Counted from the first letter of the whole stretch, positions 37,886-52,555 are shown. The stretch: DNA of 58,089 bases, filler included, from Sluysia triapertura (GCA_046118255.1; 4 parts of 4 records of this genome joined end to end with filler, not necessarily neighbours in it), one strand, 5' to 3'. Notes: a model not told the origin generated them from the letters alone. Numbers and translations are program-made.

Positions 37886-39017
37886 TATAACTGCAGGAAT
37901 TTATGCATAGTTATGAATTTATGAATATTATTTTACATTCTTACGAATTTTTTACTTTTTATTATACCTAATAATTCAATAAGAGAAAATAATAAATATA
38001 ATAATAAATATTATAAATAAATAATAATAAATATTATAATAAATATAATAATATTATTATTATATTTATTAAATGTTTATTAAATATATAATTATTTAAT
38101 TATTTGATAACTTCAAAAAAATCTCATCTCATAATAATTTTGGCTAATCAAAATGTCTAATAAATAATTCTTTATATAAGTGCCGTATTTATAATTAAAT
38201 AAAAATTATTATTGTCACAGTAAATAATTCCTTGATTAGATAAGCATATATAAATTCTTCTTTTAAACCATTTACTGGAAATTGTAATTGTAATTTTTTT
38301 AATTTTTAAATAGTTAAATCCAAATGCTTTTTTAATATTTATTTTAAAATTTATATGGATTTCAAAAATTTTAATTATTTTCTGTTCCATTATCGCGATG
38401 AAAAACTAAAGTAATTTTATTAATTAATTATACGAAAAACATTATAACCTTTTATAGGCCGAATATATTTTCTTAAATATAAAAAATTTTTTTTGACATT
38501 TCAGGTTGATATTGCTGCCAACCGTCATCAATATTGTACTTGGTTATTTCAGAGGCACTATAATTAAGATGTATATATCATCTTGTGAAAAAACTAAAAC
38601 TATTTGGTAAACTGTATATATCTTAATTAGATCTAATATATCTAATGTATTAGATAAATCTAATATATCTAATATATAACTCGCAAATATATTTTATAAT
38701 AACAATCTAGATTTTTCTAGTACTAAATACCAAAATTGCCAAAATAAGTAATAAAATTAAACCAACAATAATAAAAAAATGGTCAGATTTTTTATCCATG
38801 ATAAGAAGCAAAAATTAACAAAATGTTTGAAAGAATTGTTTGCGAATTTTTAAATAATCTTAATATTATTGTAAGACATAAATATAAGATTAATATAAAC
38901 TGAACATATAAATGGAATTGAGAAGAACAATGATTCGCATTTTTATATAAAAATTTATGTAAAAACAAAATTAAAAATGTAAACAATAACCTAAAAATGA
39001 TTAATACTAAGAATTAA

Positions 39018-39200
39018 TGATAAATTGTTGAAAATGTGATTACGTGTCAAGCTATTGATTTCGATGGTACTTCCAATGATACAAAGAGTACCATCCTTAA
39101 AATTCATTGTGAAACTGTGATAGAAACGGATTTACATGTAATAGTAAATTTAAGCTTCCACATTTTATTTGGTTTTGTTCCATTAGTAATAGAATCAGAA
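39018..39200 (+). pseudogene. Possible immunoglobulin-domain relic
   Basis: VITCQAIDFDGTSNDTKSTILKIH resembles Ig F-G strands (xTCxAxNxxG...S..L.V); surrounded by stops. Confidence 0.25.
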
Positions 39201-41707
39201 AGAAATATGTAGGACAAGATCCGATTACAAATTTCATTGTGACACCTTTCTACACTGATTGTGAACAAAATATGAATGGTAGCAGAAGTAAAAATATGAA
39301 GTGAAATAACTTGCAATAAATGAATAATTATTTAGTAAAAACGAATATTTTGAAAATAATGTAAGTCACAATGTGCAGAAAAATATTTTTAATATTTAAA
39401 TCACAATTTAAATGTAAAATCAACAAATAAATTTTTTCAACCGGTAACCTCAAAAGCAAACAGCATATAAAAGCATTACTGAAAATTAAATAACACGTAC
39501 TCTAATTCGAAAAATATAAACTATATCTTAAAATAATAATAATAATATTAATGAATAAATCTATGCTATAATTTTAACAGGGTTTCGCGTTGAAAATTAA
39601 GTAATAACAACATTTTATATAATTACCATATTTTATTAATAATGATGCAACTTTACTTATTGACTATACTTCTAATGAGTGCTTCGTCAACTCAAATTCG
39701 GGCCTCTGTACAATAATAATAAGATCCACGACATAAACAAATATGAAAAACTCCAGAAAACTTTAAATCATAAAGAAATCGATTATATATTTATCTTAAA
39801 TATATAAATTTATGTTTAGTTTTATAAATCCTTATAACAATTGATATGCTTTAAAATTATTAAAATATTTATTAAATATTTATTAAATAATGATTCATAT
39901 ATTTGTAGAAAAATTGTTTATCATAAAATTCATAATATTTACAAACAAATTATGGAGTAATTGATTTATTTATTTTCCACTTTAAAAAGATATCTTTAAA
40001 TATAATATCTTTCAAACTCAAACAAATTAAAAAATATGTATTTTTAATATATTTTAAACAATTCAATATATAAGAATATTTCACTTTTAAGAAAATAATA
40101 TTCAAAAAGTGGTATATTATTTAAATATTTATCTAATACTCACACTATCAAAAGTAACATTCTAAATTAATAAAATTAATCACTAAAATGTTAAGATTAT
40201 AAAACTAATGTATTAAATTTATTTAGAAAACGAATCCAGTTATTTAAATATTACTTATATTTCATTTTCCTGATACTGTATTTTAATTTAATTTCTTTTA
40301 ATTTAATTTTTTATTATTTATTTATAAATTATATTTTTAAAATATACTAATTTTTACTTTTCAAAGTACTTATTTTTAAAAATCATAAATAAAATGTGTT
40401 CAAACCTTTACTTTTGTTAAGTCCTTTATTGTATAAGATTACTTTTAATTCAATATGAAGTGACTGTGCCATTTATGGCACCTTTTGATAATGTTAAAAA
40501 TAAATCTAGTCGAAGCAAACTCAATAAGTGCTTAAATAAAACTAAGTGATTTAAATGACAATTGTTTGTTTATTAGATTATTGCACAAACTATTTGGCCG
40601 TTCTTCAACTTACCTAATTACAATATACATGTTACTTCCAATGAATCCATATGATGATATTAGAAAAATTAGCAAGCATCAGTACAATATAACAATGTAA
40701 CAATATTACAGCTTTCCAAAATCTTTTTGTAACAGAATTATTAATTATATAATAATATTAATATTACTTTGACCTTATGAATTGTGATTCATTATTTTTA
40801 TCACTTTTTCTTTAGATGTATGTTAAATTAGTGTGAATATGAACAGAAGAGGATCCGTAAACCGAAGGAAAGGAGATATTAAATGTTCAGGAAGTGTGAA
40901 AGCTTATATTAAGCTTGTGATTCGATCTCATTTATGTTACGTGCAAAGCTTACAAAAAGACTACCACCATTATGAAATTTCAAGTTGTCGAATTTGAATT
41001 TATACTTCCTTACATTATTTGACATAAGACAAGATGATCGTTAATTCTTGTGTAAAAAAAATTCTTAATTGTAATTAATTGAAAATTGCAAGATAAATTA
41101 ACTTTAGATATTTGTTTACAATAAAGTATTAGTTCAAAATTAATTGTGTAAGTGATAGCAATATCATATTTTAGGCAATATTAATTAGCATAAACAGATG
41201 TTGAAATGATATAATATAAAATACGATAGTTCGTGAGAATGGATAAGGTTTATTTTAACCTTAATACTAATTCATCGAACGTTGTACGAATTTAATTCGA
41301 TTTCTGTTAATGTATCTTGATTTTTCTATGACACGAAATAAGGCACAATATTACACACTTAAGATTTGCTTTTTTAATAAAAAGATAAACACATACTAAA
41401 TCCATGTTAAAAAATTTGTAAACTTTACTTTAAAAAGGTATTTCATATTTTATCAACATAAAAATTCACTAAAATGGTATAATAAGTAGAGTTTTGACTT
41501 TTTGACAACGGACTTAAGAAGCTGATTCGATCTGAAATTTGATAAGCAAATCACTTTGTAATTTAAGTAACTGGCTATCACAAAAGTATTTACTGAATAT
41601 TGTTGCTGTAAAATATGCATAACACAGTATTTATGTGCTGCTTGTATTATTATACAAAATTTATTTAATAGATTTCAATTTGAAAGCTTCTCAGGTAGTT
41701 TAGATAG

Positions 41708-42011
41708 GGTAAGGTTGCTCAAGTCGTAACCATTAAGAAAAGAACTGTATAAAATTTAGGATTTATCAAATAAATAAAAATTAAATGTGTTAATATTGGT
41801 ATTATGTATTTTAACTATATTAGAAAAATCTATATGCTATCATTTAATGAAACTAATTCTTTAAAAACTTACTTCGGTAAAACTAAGTCAACTTGTTTCT
41901 TAAGTCGTACCACCTATTTCAAACTAAACATCACTTAATATTGAATAAAATTAATAGGATTTCGTTTCGACCAAATGACTTAAGCAGTGGTACGTTTTGA
42001 GCAACCTTACC
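41708..42011. mobile_element. MITE (~305 bp) with 15-bp perfect TIRs
   Basis: GGTAAGGTTGCTCAA (41708-41722) / TTGAGCAACCTTACC (41997-42011). Confidence 0.8.
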
Positions 42012-42299
42012 TTTTATACATTTCCAATTTTGTATTATTTATTCCTATATATTCATCAATATCATGTACATTAATCATCTGACGAAAGCACGTTTACTAT
42101 TGCCACATCTTCATCATACAAAATAATTGATTTCCCAATTATACAAAATTATGTTCCATTATTTTTAGCTATAAGTTAATCTTTATTAAATAAATTATTT
42201 ATAAAATTATTAGTCAAAGACTAGAGTTTTCGCTATTCAGTCTAACGAATCATTCATATCTTTCATATCTTCATTTAGTCAAATATATAATTTTTTTAA

Positions 42300-42657
42300 T
42301 TGATCTTTGTCGAGTTTGACATCCGTTTACTTAGTGACACCGATGTATCATAACGATCAATCTATCGACCGCTTCACTTTAATGAAATGTTTTTTTCAGC
42401 TAAATAGACTGCTCTGTTAGAAATGAATGTCCTTGTTACATTTAACTTCATCATTCGTAGTACCAAAATCTCTTCTAATTCCCCAGTGATGTTCGTCTAT
42501 CTCCTCATCTAACTCGTTTCATAAAATTTTAATTGCCTCTTTGTTTATATATCATATTCACAGAAATCTGTTTCGCTATTTCAAATGAACTATTTCCATG
42601 CTCCATATAGATAATGACTTCCTTCTTCAATTCCATTGTAATTGTTTTCCTCGTCAT
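42300..42657 (-). mobile_element. pogo/Tigger (CENP-B-like) transposase N-terminal relic
   Basis: MTRKTITMELKKEVIIYMEHGNSSFEIAK (psq-type HTH start RK.IT.E.K.E.I...E.G.S..EIA), then ELEEILV in a shifted frame; multiple stops. Confidence 0.75.
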
Positions 42658-42840
42658 AATAAATATTTCTAAAATAAAAAAATAAAACGTTATTTAACTC
42701 ATAATTGGAGATCTTCTTCTCCAAGTTGGAAGAAGATCTCATATAACACCCTATCTCAAAGAATTACATTGGTTGCCAATAAAATCAAGAATAGAATTTA
42801 AAATTATGACAATAATTTACAAATGCTTACATTACGGAAG

Positions 42841-42940
42841 NNNNNNNNNNNNNNNNNNNNNNNNNNNNNNNNNNNNNNNNNNNNTTAATTAATTAANNNN
42901 NNNNNNNNNNNNNNNNNNNNNNNNNNNNNNNNNNNNNNNN
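42841..42940. other. Artificial contig-join linker
   Basis: 44 N + TTAATTAATTAA + 44 N. Confidence 0.98.
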
Positions 42941-45900
42941 TAACAGGTTCGTTTCATCGAATCTTATTAAAATCATTGAATTATATTATTTTTTAAAATA
43001 CTTAAATTAATTAAAATTTCAAAGACCTCATTATAAATTAAATTAAATTAAATTTTTAAATCATTGACTACAAATCCAATGGTTGGCCATTAAGTTAGTA
43101 AGTCGAATACGTTGGTGGACTCACCTATCATTTTTTTAAGCTTTATTCTACGCAAAAAAACCTTTGCAATAATAATAATAATTTATTAAATAATTTAATT
43201 CAAGTAAATTACTAAGTTTTATTTATTAAGGCTTAACTCCAGAAACATGTTATTTTGTTTTTGTTGGATCTTTTACAAAGTATTCAGAAGAAATTAACTA
43301 TGGAAAAGAACGTATCGAAGCGTGCACATTAAAAGGTTTATCATTATAATAAATATTACTTATAAAAATTATTTATGTAAAATAATCTTATAAATTTTAA
43401 TTTCATTACATTCAACAATTTTTATAAAATGTTATGACTAATTATTTTTATAATTGAACTTCCATTATGATTGGCAGTGATCTCATAATCAACAAAGTTA
43501 GTAAATTAGATTTTGACAGAACACTTTAAATTAGAAATTGTACTAACATCCACTAATTATTATCTAATTGAAACAAATTTTCACAGAATAGTCGATGTTT
43601 ATTTAGTGATTTTAAAATAATAAAATTTTTGTTTGTTAATTTATTTTTATTGATTATTTTTATTATATTATTTTATTTCATCTTTTGCGTTACCACTTTA
43701 AAGAAAATAAATAAGAATTATATTCTATTATATTTAATTAATTTATTAAATATTATTTAAGTAAAATTATTTATTTATTGTTTATTTATTCCAATAAATA
43801 ATAATTTATAAATTTATTTAAATTTTTAAAATTACCAAAATTATAGGAACAATACATGTAAATACTTTTTCATAATTCCTTTTTGCTAATCAAAATGTTA
43901 ACATTTGATTTGTTAAAAGATTTAATAATGTAATATTTAAATAAAATATTTTTAAATAACCATTTGGTTTTTTATTTACAATAATATATTTATATATTTA
44001 AAAATTATAACTTTTGATATATTTTAACAATAATTTCAACTATCCATTTATATTTTAAATTTGTTCATCTAAATGTTTTGATATACATATTATTATTTTG
44101 ATTTTGTAAAATAAAAGAATAAAATAAATAGTTCAGTATTTTATATAATAATTATAATTATAAAAAAATAATTATTTTCCTAAATAGTTATTTTCATTTA
44201 ATAACTCTTCAACGGTGTTTTTAGAGATTCAAATTAAAATAGTAACAAAATATGAACTTGTTCAATAATTAAATACCAAGTCTTAATTATTTAATTTAAT
44301 AATAATTATTATATTATTATAATAACGTTTTCGTGCATTTAGTTTTATTTTCGTACATGTGTGCTTGAACTATTTCATAAGATACAATTTTAAACAATAA
44401 TAAATCTCGGACTTCAAAACTTCCTTAATATTTTTATTTTATTTTTCTGCCTGAGTTTACTTTCTATTATATATGAACTTCTTTTATGAATAATTAGTTG
44501 TGAACTCAATTTTTGGCATTGCTTCATACCAGTAAAATCATCTTAGAAATTTATTTTGAAAATGTTATTTTGATTTTATTGAAAATTATTAATCATTCCT
44601 TATACCACTTAAATTTATGGCCCAGTAAAGAGATATTTTTATATAAAACATGACGAACAGTTCCTTTTAAATAATTTTATAATTTTATTAAACATAATTT
44701 TATAATTTTATAATTTATAAAATTATAATTTATAATTTTATAGTTTTATTTATAAAAAAAGATATCGAAAGAAGTTTCAGAAATATCGAACTTTTAGACA
44801 AAAAACGTATAACTAAGTAGGAATCTGTCTTTACAAACTATCATTTATATTATAATAAATATATTTTTAATATGTTTTAGATAAGTTTGTTTCTGTTAGA
44901 CATCATAATAAAATAGTGATATAAGTTGTTTTTGTTTCATGACTATTATTATTCTTAATAATATGACTTTTAATATTATACTTTAATATTACGATTTTTT
45001 ATATTATACTTTTAATAATATAACGATATATTTTAAAATATAAATTAATTAAATTGATTATTTTTTACCATTATATTTGGCATTTCTGCTGCATTTGAAA
45101 ATGTTATATCTAATTTTATTAAATTTTGTTACAATTTTATTTAATTTTATAACGTATTAATAACACGTTTTCAAATTATTTTTATTTTATTATTACTAAA
45201 AAATTATTAGTAATAAAAATTCATGTAATATTGTTGTTTTAATGTATCTAAAATATTTTTTATTAAATTTGTTTTAAAATTGATAAATTTTATTTTTAAA
45301 ACTATGATTTTTTAACTATTACGAAAGTGGTAAATTTATTTATTGTATGTATCATTAGAAAAATACGCTTTAAACACATTTAAGAATGGTTCAATATTTA
45401 GTGATGTTACAAAATATTTAATTTTTAAAAACATATTCTACATTTATTTATTTATTTTTATTAAAATTCGTTTAGAATTTATAAAATAATGAATGTATTA
45501 TTTTTAAATAATATATTTTACTTCAGTTTTATGAAATTTAATTCAAAGATATTTCAGGAAGGTTTTATTAAAATGCAGCTAAAATCTTTTTAGTTTTTCA
45601 ATAATTTATTATGTATCAATTCAATAATTTATTATAATTCAATAATTTATTATGAAATTATTTTAATTTCAATGATTTTATTATGTATAATTTTCTTCTA
45701 TTCTTAAAATATTTAAAATTTTGATGTTTTGGGATTTTTAATAATTTATAATACCTTTATTCTCAAATTATGTTTATGACATGAGTTTGAATTATGTGAT
45801 TTTATGATTTGATGCAGAAAACTAGTTTTAAATTTGTTTGCCTTTGACAGTCGGAAGATATGCTTATTATAAACTTTAATAATCATAAAGGAAGAGGCTG

Positions 45901-46516
45901 GATAAAAAGCAGGTGGTCGAATGAGATTATAGTGGTGCAATAAAGGCAGTTTGAGTAAATTTCCTTTAGTTAGAAAATTTCCTTTAAAATGTAATGCCCC
46001 AAGTAAAGAAAGGGCGTGAATAGTGTATTTTTGTAACGATGTGAGGTAAAACATGCCGCAGTTTGATTATGTGATAAACATAATGAGAAATTAAGAAAAT
46101 TTTAACTATGTGGTAGAAATGCTTGTTCAGATTAGAACTAAACAAATCAATTATTTTATTTGCATAATTTTTAAAACTGATGATTATCATATTCTTATGA
46201 GCCTTAAGGGCTATTACATGATCTAAATGACGTTTGATTTACTTAAAATAAACAATGAAATTATTCTTTTTAGCCTTAAGGGCTACAAAACTATTTAAAT
46301 AATTTTGATTGATAAAAAATAAACAACAATTAATTTATTCATTGAAGCATAAAACCAAATAATTTCCAATCTTAAAAACATAAAAAATTTAAATTTTCCT
46401 TTAAAAGTAAAAGTACTAACGTAATGTTTTAAAATATTATAGACAACAAAATGAATTGTTTCAAATTCTAGATGTTACGAATATATTTAGATAGTAGACA
46501 TTGACTAAAACTGATT

Positions 46517-46932
46517 GGCTAGTGCACCAGAAGTCCATGCTTTCAGAGCTGCATTATCGTTCTTTAAAATTTTAAACAACGGATGAATCATTTATTACTT
46601 TACCTCTATTATTCATTCAAACATCGATAATACAATTAGCAGATTTGGCACAAATCGTTTCATTATAATTTACAACTGTGTAAATGTTGTAATTGAATCA
46701 TTATCCAAAAATCTTTAAATCTGTTTTAGAGAAAACAGAAATGAAGACAATCTAGTATAATAACTTTTATATGATCAGGTTGTTCTTGTACTTTACTTAA
46801 CAATTGTGGCACTGAACAAACATTAATAATTGCTTCTGCACCAAAATAATGCTCAGAAATCATTTCCAAAGTCAAATGAACTAATTTTCTTATTGATTGT
46901 AATTTATCGATAAATAATTGTAAACATAACAA
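46517..46932 (-). pseudogene. RSPH14: Radial spoke head 14 (RTDR1)-like armadillo-repeat fragment, frameshifted
   Basis: LFIDKLQSIRKLVHLTLEMISEHYFGAEAIINVCSVPQLLSKVQEQPDHIKVIILDCLHFC, then ICAKSANCIIDV and LFKILKNDNAALKAWTSGALA in other frames, matching RSPH14 blocks (GA..I...LV..L..E...I...ILDTLHFC; IR.KAA..I.D; VK..AAGAL). Confidence 0.75.
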
Positions 46933-47249
46933 ACTTCAAAAAATCAAATCTTTTTGAAATACAATTGAATTGGCAGCAACATCAGAAAGTCATGTTTAAA
47001 ATAAAACCAATTTAAAATGTCGGACACAATATTTATTGATCAATTTTTATTATTATTTTTATATAATAATTTTTATAATAATTTTTACATAATATTACAG
47101 AATTTTTATTTGAAGAATTTTTATTAAAATTATTAAACATTTCAATTAAAAAACAAGTTGCTTAACTTTAATTAGATTAATAAAATATTATTTATATCTA
47201 CTTTTTAAAATTAAGTTGACTAAAATATGTTACCGACAATTTAGAAAAA

Positions 47250-47628
47250 TTGTTTTAGGTACATTTAAGAAAAAGAGAACAAAAATGAAATATTACAGAT
47301 ATTATGATGCTGACATTAGGAATTAGATTTAATGATGGTAAAAATGATAATATAAGAAAACAATAAGAAATGATATCATAATCACAATGACTAACTACTG
47401 CGGTTGGCAGTTATTGTTATTTTTAGAATGTTTTAAGATAAAGAGATTTATGTCTAGGTGAAGAACAGTTGCCGAAGTAGAAGTGAGGTGTTATTATCTT
47501 AAATTTAAGAATTTATGTTATTGAGATTAATGTGTTGTGTTGGTTACTTTTAAATTAATTGTTTGGCCAAAATGTAGGTGCGTAGATAATGTGGTATAAC
47601 GTTTTGAATTATAAGGTAAACCACTACA
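47250..47628 (-). mobile_element. TGTAGTGG-terminus leader, copy E
   Basis: Minus strand begins TGTAGTGGTTTACC, then a G-poor C/A-rich tract and a TAT-rich tract; upstream of the RSPH14 relic on the same strand. Confidence 0.5.
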
Positions 47629-48287
47629 TTAAACAAGTAAAATTATTCGTAAATATTTTATTTTATTCTATTATTTGTGACAAAATAAAATTTTTAAATT
47701 AAAACATTTTCTAAAACTTCAAATTTACAATATACATAATTCTTAATTTATATCTTTGCACTTCCGTTTTGATTATTATACGTCAACATTTGGTTTACAT
47801 TTACGTTTAAATTTTAATTCAATCTGACATTTGGCAATATTTACGAATTACATGAAAATATAAGTTAATGATAATAATTAATAAATCCTAAAGTTTATAA
47901 ATATATTTTGTGAATGGCATGTTATAATTATTAGTGTATAATAAGATTTTATAAAACTTTATAACAATGTTTATAAAATTGTTACAATAGATACTTATTT
48001 ATTTAAATTATTTAAATTTTATTTTATCTAGCTGAATAAGCAATACTTATTAAGAAATAATTTAAAAAGTAAATATAATAATAATAATAATAATAAAAAT
48101 TAATAATAATAATACATTACGTGTTAATTTTAAAACATTACTTTTTCATACAAACTGTTTTTAGAAGCTACACAAAACTTATTATTTTTGTTCGTAAATT
48201 ACATTAAATTTATATTTCATTATTTTTTTACAAAAAATCTTTATATTTAAATTTATTTAATTAAGAAAATTCAATTTTACAAATTAG

Positions 48288-49026
48288 AAAAAACAACAAA
48301 TCGTTTACAACGAAACAGTTTGGTGATCCATTGAAAGACAATACTAACTATAATGATGGTACTAAAGATTCGAATATCCACGGTAACCGTACTTCAAATA
48401 CTAAATCTACTTCCTTTGTAGTTACTATGGCTGGCTGTGTATTTGGTTTTATCATTGTTGTTATTAATCTTCTTTTATTTTTATTGTGTTATAAAAGGCG
48501 TCAAGAAAGACCAAATGATCAAAATTTAGACGAACATGTTCGTCGACGAAATGAAAATCGAGTTTTAGGAAGTAATATATTAAGAGTTTTAAATGGTTCA
48601 AAATCGTTTAAGAGAACAAGAAATCAAAATCAGAAATTAAAATCAAAAAAGAAAAATGTGGAAAAAAATGCAGAAATGAAAGGAAAATTATTATCAACTA
48701 TTAGTGGTCATTCAAATGAAGGCAGTTCGACTAATGTTTTAATGATGACGTATTTAGGAGGGTTGGCTGGAGGAGAACAAGGTAATATAACTGTAGGAGA
48801 GAATGCTGGCTTTGACGGAGTTATATATCCCAGTATTTCTCAAAACAGAGATACAGAAATGTCTAAGTTAGAACTATCAATAACAAATAAAGGGGATAGT
48901 CACATATCTACTCCGTCGAATGCTTCTTTCTTTTCTGGAACCAATTTATTGTCTGATCTCCAAAATCAATTTGATGCTAATTATTCTTCCATTAATAGAG
49001 GTAAATCTAACAAATATCTAAATTAA
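48288..49026 (+). CDS. Terminal exon of a type I single-pass membrane protein (TM helix plus cytoplasmic tail)
   Basis: The frame is open from the AG acceptor at 48287 (KNNKSFTTKQFGDPLKD...). TM segment FVVTMAGCVFGFIIVVINLLLFLLCY is followed by the stop-transfer KRR. Upstream exons not identified. Confidence 0.7.
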
Positions 49027-49156
49027 TTCTAACAATTTAAAAGAAAGTTTAAATTAAATTTACAATGTCAAAGAAATAGTCGATTAATTTTCATATATAA
49101 ATTACTATAAATTAATTTAATAAATTATTATAAGTATAGATAAAAATGTCCGCCTC

Positions 49157-49400
49157 GAGAAGTGGGGGAATGTACCTGATTTACTGGTTTAGGTCATTCC
49201 GATTGGTTAAGTTTTCATAGGTTAAAGTTAGTATTTTTTGATTGGTGTTAATTAATTAAAACCAGTATGTGAGGATGCCTAACTTAAAGCAAGTAATGAT
49301 AAAAAGTTGACTGGATTTAAATGATCTTTATTTATGACTGTTTGTCTGAATTCTTCAAGAATATCAGACAATGAATGTGTGTCTAATTTCAATAGGCCAT
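49157..49400 (+). mobile_element. Polypurine tract plus TGT start of a possible 3' LTR
   Basis: GAGAAGTGGGGGAA immediately followed by TGTACC at 49171; LTR end not determinable. Confidence 0.35.
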
Positions 49401-49971
49401 CTTATAATCAAATAATTATCGCAATTTAATTTTTATTTTTATCATGCCTCATTATAATTGTTATTACTTAAATAATTATTCCACTTTGGTGAAATAATTA
49501 CTTTTATACATTTTTGATTTCTAAAATACTTTTTTCGTCGAATGCATTCTAAAATTAAATTATTTCTCATATGATTATCTGTATACATTTCTTTCCTGTT
49601 ACTTCACATTTAAAAAGGCATTGATTATATTAATAATAAAAAACTTACTTCAGTATACATAAAATAGTTGTGGCTTAAAACTTTATTCATATACATATGC
49701 AGTCTTCATTGTAGTTCTATAAATTAATAAATAAAAACTTGACTTTTGATAAATAAGCAGTCACCTTTGTTGAATACAATAAAAATTAAAATAATATCTA
49801 ACTAAAACAAATACGTTACTAAAAAAGTAACGTCTTTATTTAGTTTGTTTTTATCAATAATGTACTGCTTACTATTATAAGTAGTATATTATTAATTAAA
49901 ATTGATTTTAAAATAATTAGTAAACTAAAATTATTGAACTTTATTTACAAACATTAATAATATAAATTATT

Positions 49972-50541
49972 TGTAGTAAACTCCACACATACACGACACA
50001 ATCACATACACAAGCCATCACAAATCAACATTCCATAAACAATCAAGGCAGTAAACACAAAACAAATACAAAACACAGACACAATCATATTGTACAATTA
50101 TCATAATTTCCACTGTAATAATAATTATCATAATAATTTCATGTTCTTATAATAATCTCATTATCTCATTATTAAAATACATAATAATTCTATTATAAAT
50201 TTGATTCTATGAATGTTAAGGTTATAATTTCTATTATCTCCACAATTAATTTTTATTTCTCATTCTTCTTCTTTGTATGAATATGTATAAATAAAAATGT
50301 ATATACGTCTGCATTTTTGTATGTATGTTTATTCTTTTTCTACTCTTCTTTTTTATACTTTAAATTAATTCTGTCTCAAAGCATCTATGTTTAATTATGA
50401 TCGATTCATCTGGTTAAAAATCATTTTAGTGATAAAATGCAACATTTTTCAAACGTACTATGAAACTACTTATCAAAACATTATTATAACATGTTGGAAA
50501 GTAAAGTAATAGATGAAAATACTGCTGCTTTTACAATTTAC

Positions 50542-50622
<81 letters not shown>

Positions 50623-50792
50623 TACAACCACCACTAATATTACTGTTACCTCCTTTGTCTTCTCATTTGAAATTATAAAAGTTATAAAATATAAAAATTA
50701 ATAATAATTTACTGTTATTAGAAAAAATTTATATGATGAATCTTTATTAAATGTTTGAAATTTGGAATTGTCTAAATTATTATAGTTATTTT
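49972..50792 (+). mobile_element. TGTAGTAAAC-terminus leader, copy H
   Basis: Colinear motifs with copy G, including TTTGAAATTTGGA at 50754-50766 shortly before an ATG (50793). Confidence 0.65.
50543..50617. repeat. (ATT)25 microsatellite
   Basis: 25 perfect ATT units. Confidence 0.98.
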
Positions 50793-51184
50793 ATGGGAAT
50801 ATCTCTTATAAATACGAAACATAAATTAAGAATGTGGTTGTTTATGGTCTCATTTGGGCAAGTTACGTTAATTGCTGTTACAAATCTGATTGTTATTTTG
50901 CTTTATTTATAGAATTAATAATCTTGTTTATATCAATGTTCTATTTATTAGCTATGCCCATTATATATAATTATAAAAACACTATGGTTATCTTGTTTTT
51001 CATTGTTTTTGTTTTAGCTATTCAAACTGTTAGTGTAGTCGTTGATTTTGTATATCAAATTGCAATTTATTATACAACTCAGCTTATTAATATTCGATTT
51101 AATATTGATAAATCTTCAAGTTGTAATTGGTATCGTTGTAATTTTAGTAACGTTGTTGGCCTACTTCATTATTTATTATGTTAA
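50793..51184 (+). pseudogene. Frameshifted small multi-pass membrane ORF directly behind leader H
   Basis: MGISLINTKHKLRMWLFMVSFGQVTLIAVTNLIVILLYL* continues in the 50834-51184 frame with further hydrophobic segments. Confidence 0.4.
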
Positions 51185-52249
51185 TTTGTGAAGTTTAAAA
51201 ACTGAATGTAATGAAATTTGTTCACAATATTACATAGATATGGAAATAAGTATTGAACGATTTGTCGGTGATCAAATAATATTACGCTTAATTATTTTAA
51301 TTAATTACTTCAACTTTAAACGTAATTCTCATTGACACAATGTTGCTTTTATGACATTGAGTAAAAATATGCTATCGAAACTTAATTCGAAAGAAGTAAT
51401 GAAAAAACGAATTAGGTGGATTGAAGGAGTTATGCCTCAATGTTGAAAGGTGAATATTTGAAGAATTTTTTAACTTGTGAAACTAATAACTGGATCTATA
51501 TACGAGAGTTTGAATGTCTGTTAGCTTTTTTAGTAAACTTTCACTTATTATTAATTAAAAATTTTCTGATTAAATTAAAATTATTATGTTATTTTTTTAG
51601 TTCATCATTTACTAAATCTATTATTGTTTTAAAGGGCTTTAAGTCCTATGTATGTGTTAAGCAATGTTTTCTTTTGTTAATGAATAAAGTTAAGCTAAAA
51701 TTCAGTATTTTAATAATAATTAATGCAAATAATTTAATAAAAATTTATGAAGCCCTCCATATTATTGATAATAATTAAAAATACAAACATTTTAAATTCG
51801 TACAATGATTGATACGATGACGAAAACTACACGTGATATTTTAGTAATGTTTACGTTATACAAAACTACTTTCAACTCTAGAAATAACATTTTCACGTGC
51901 GAATACTTTTTAACACAAATGCATAAAATAATATATTTAGTGTCATTTTAACTTGATTTCTTATAGTACGTACAATGGAAAAGTTGTATTTCTTTTATTC
52001 CATAATTTATGTAAGTATTTCATTAAGTACTTGTTTGTTTTAGTAAATATATATATCATGAATTGAATCAAACCAATCTTCCACATTCATAACACATAAT
52101 TCTTTAATTAATAATTTGTTTTAATTATTAGAAATATTTTTGTAATTCATCATAGATTTTTTCATCCAAACCTTTTTCTTATTTATACCAATAAAAATAC
52201 AATTAACGCATTAAGATATATTTAAATAAATTTATTCACACAAGTATTT

Positions 52250-52555
52250 CTAACATAACATTAAATTACATAATGTTAATATATTTTGGTATTTTTTTCT
52301 AATGGAAAGTACATGCAATTTGAAGATGATTAATTAATGAATTTGGATAATAAAAGAATAATAAATGAATCAAATATATTGACGAATTCTGGTTTCATAT
52401 AAATTGCAAGCCAGTGTTCACCATCTAAATTAGTTGTATATGTATTTACAATGTAACCACTTTCATCCAAATATGACAGAATTTTGTCCAGTGTGTATAA
52501 CTCTTTAAACTCTCTTTCAAGTAGAACAGTACGAATTCGATTAATTTCTAAGATA
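52250..52555 (-). pseudogene. Polinton/Maverick adenain-like cysteine protease relic
   Basis: EFKELYTLDKI...GYIVNTYTTNLDGEHWLAIYMKPEFVNIFDSF matches the family motif IVNTD....GEHWVAIY....YFDSYG. Confidence 0.9.

Noticed and set aside
45994-46050. AAAGAAAGGG as a polypurine tract before TGTAAC
   Set aside because: Not adjacent to the TG, and no other LTR evidence.
50513-50701. Poly-Ile ORF (also the Ile/Thr-rich ORF 6872-7075)
   Set aside because: Translation of (ATT)/(TAT) microsatellite-like DNA.
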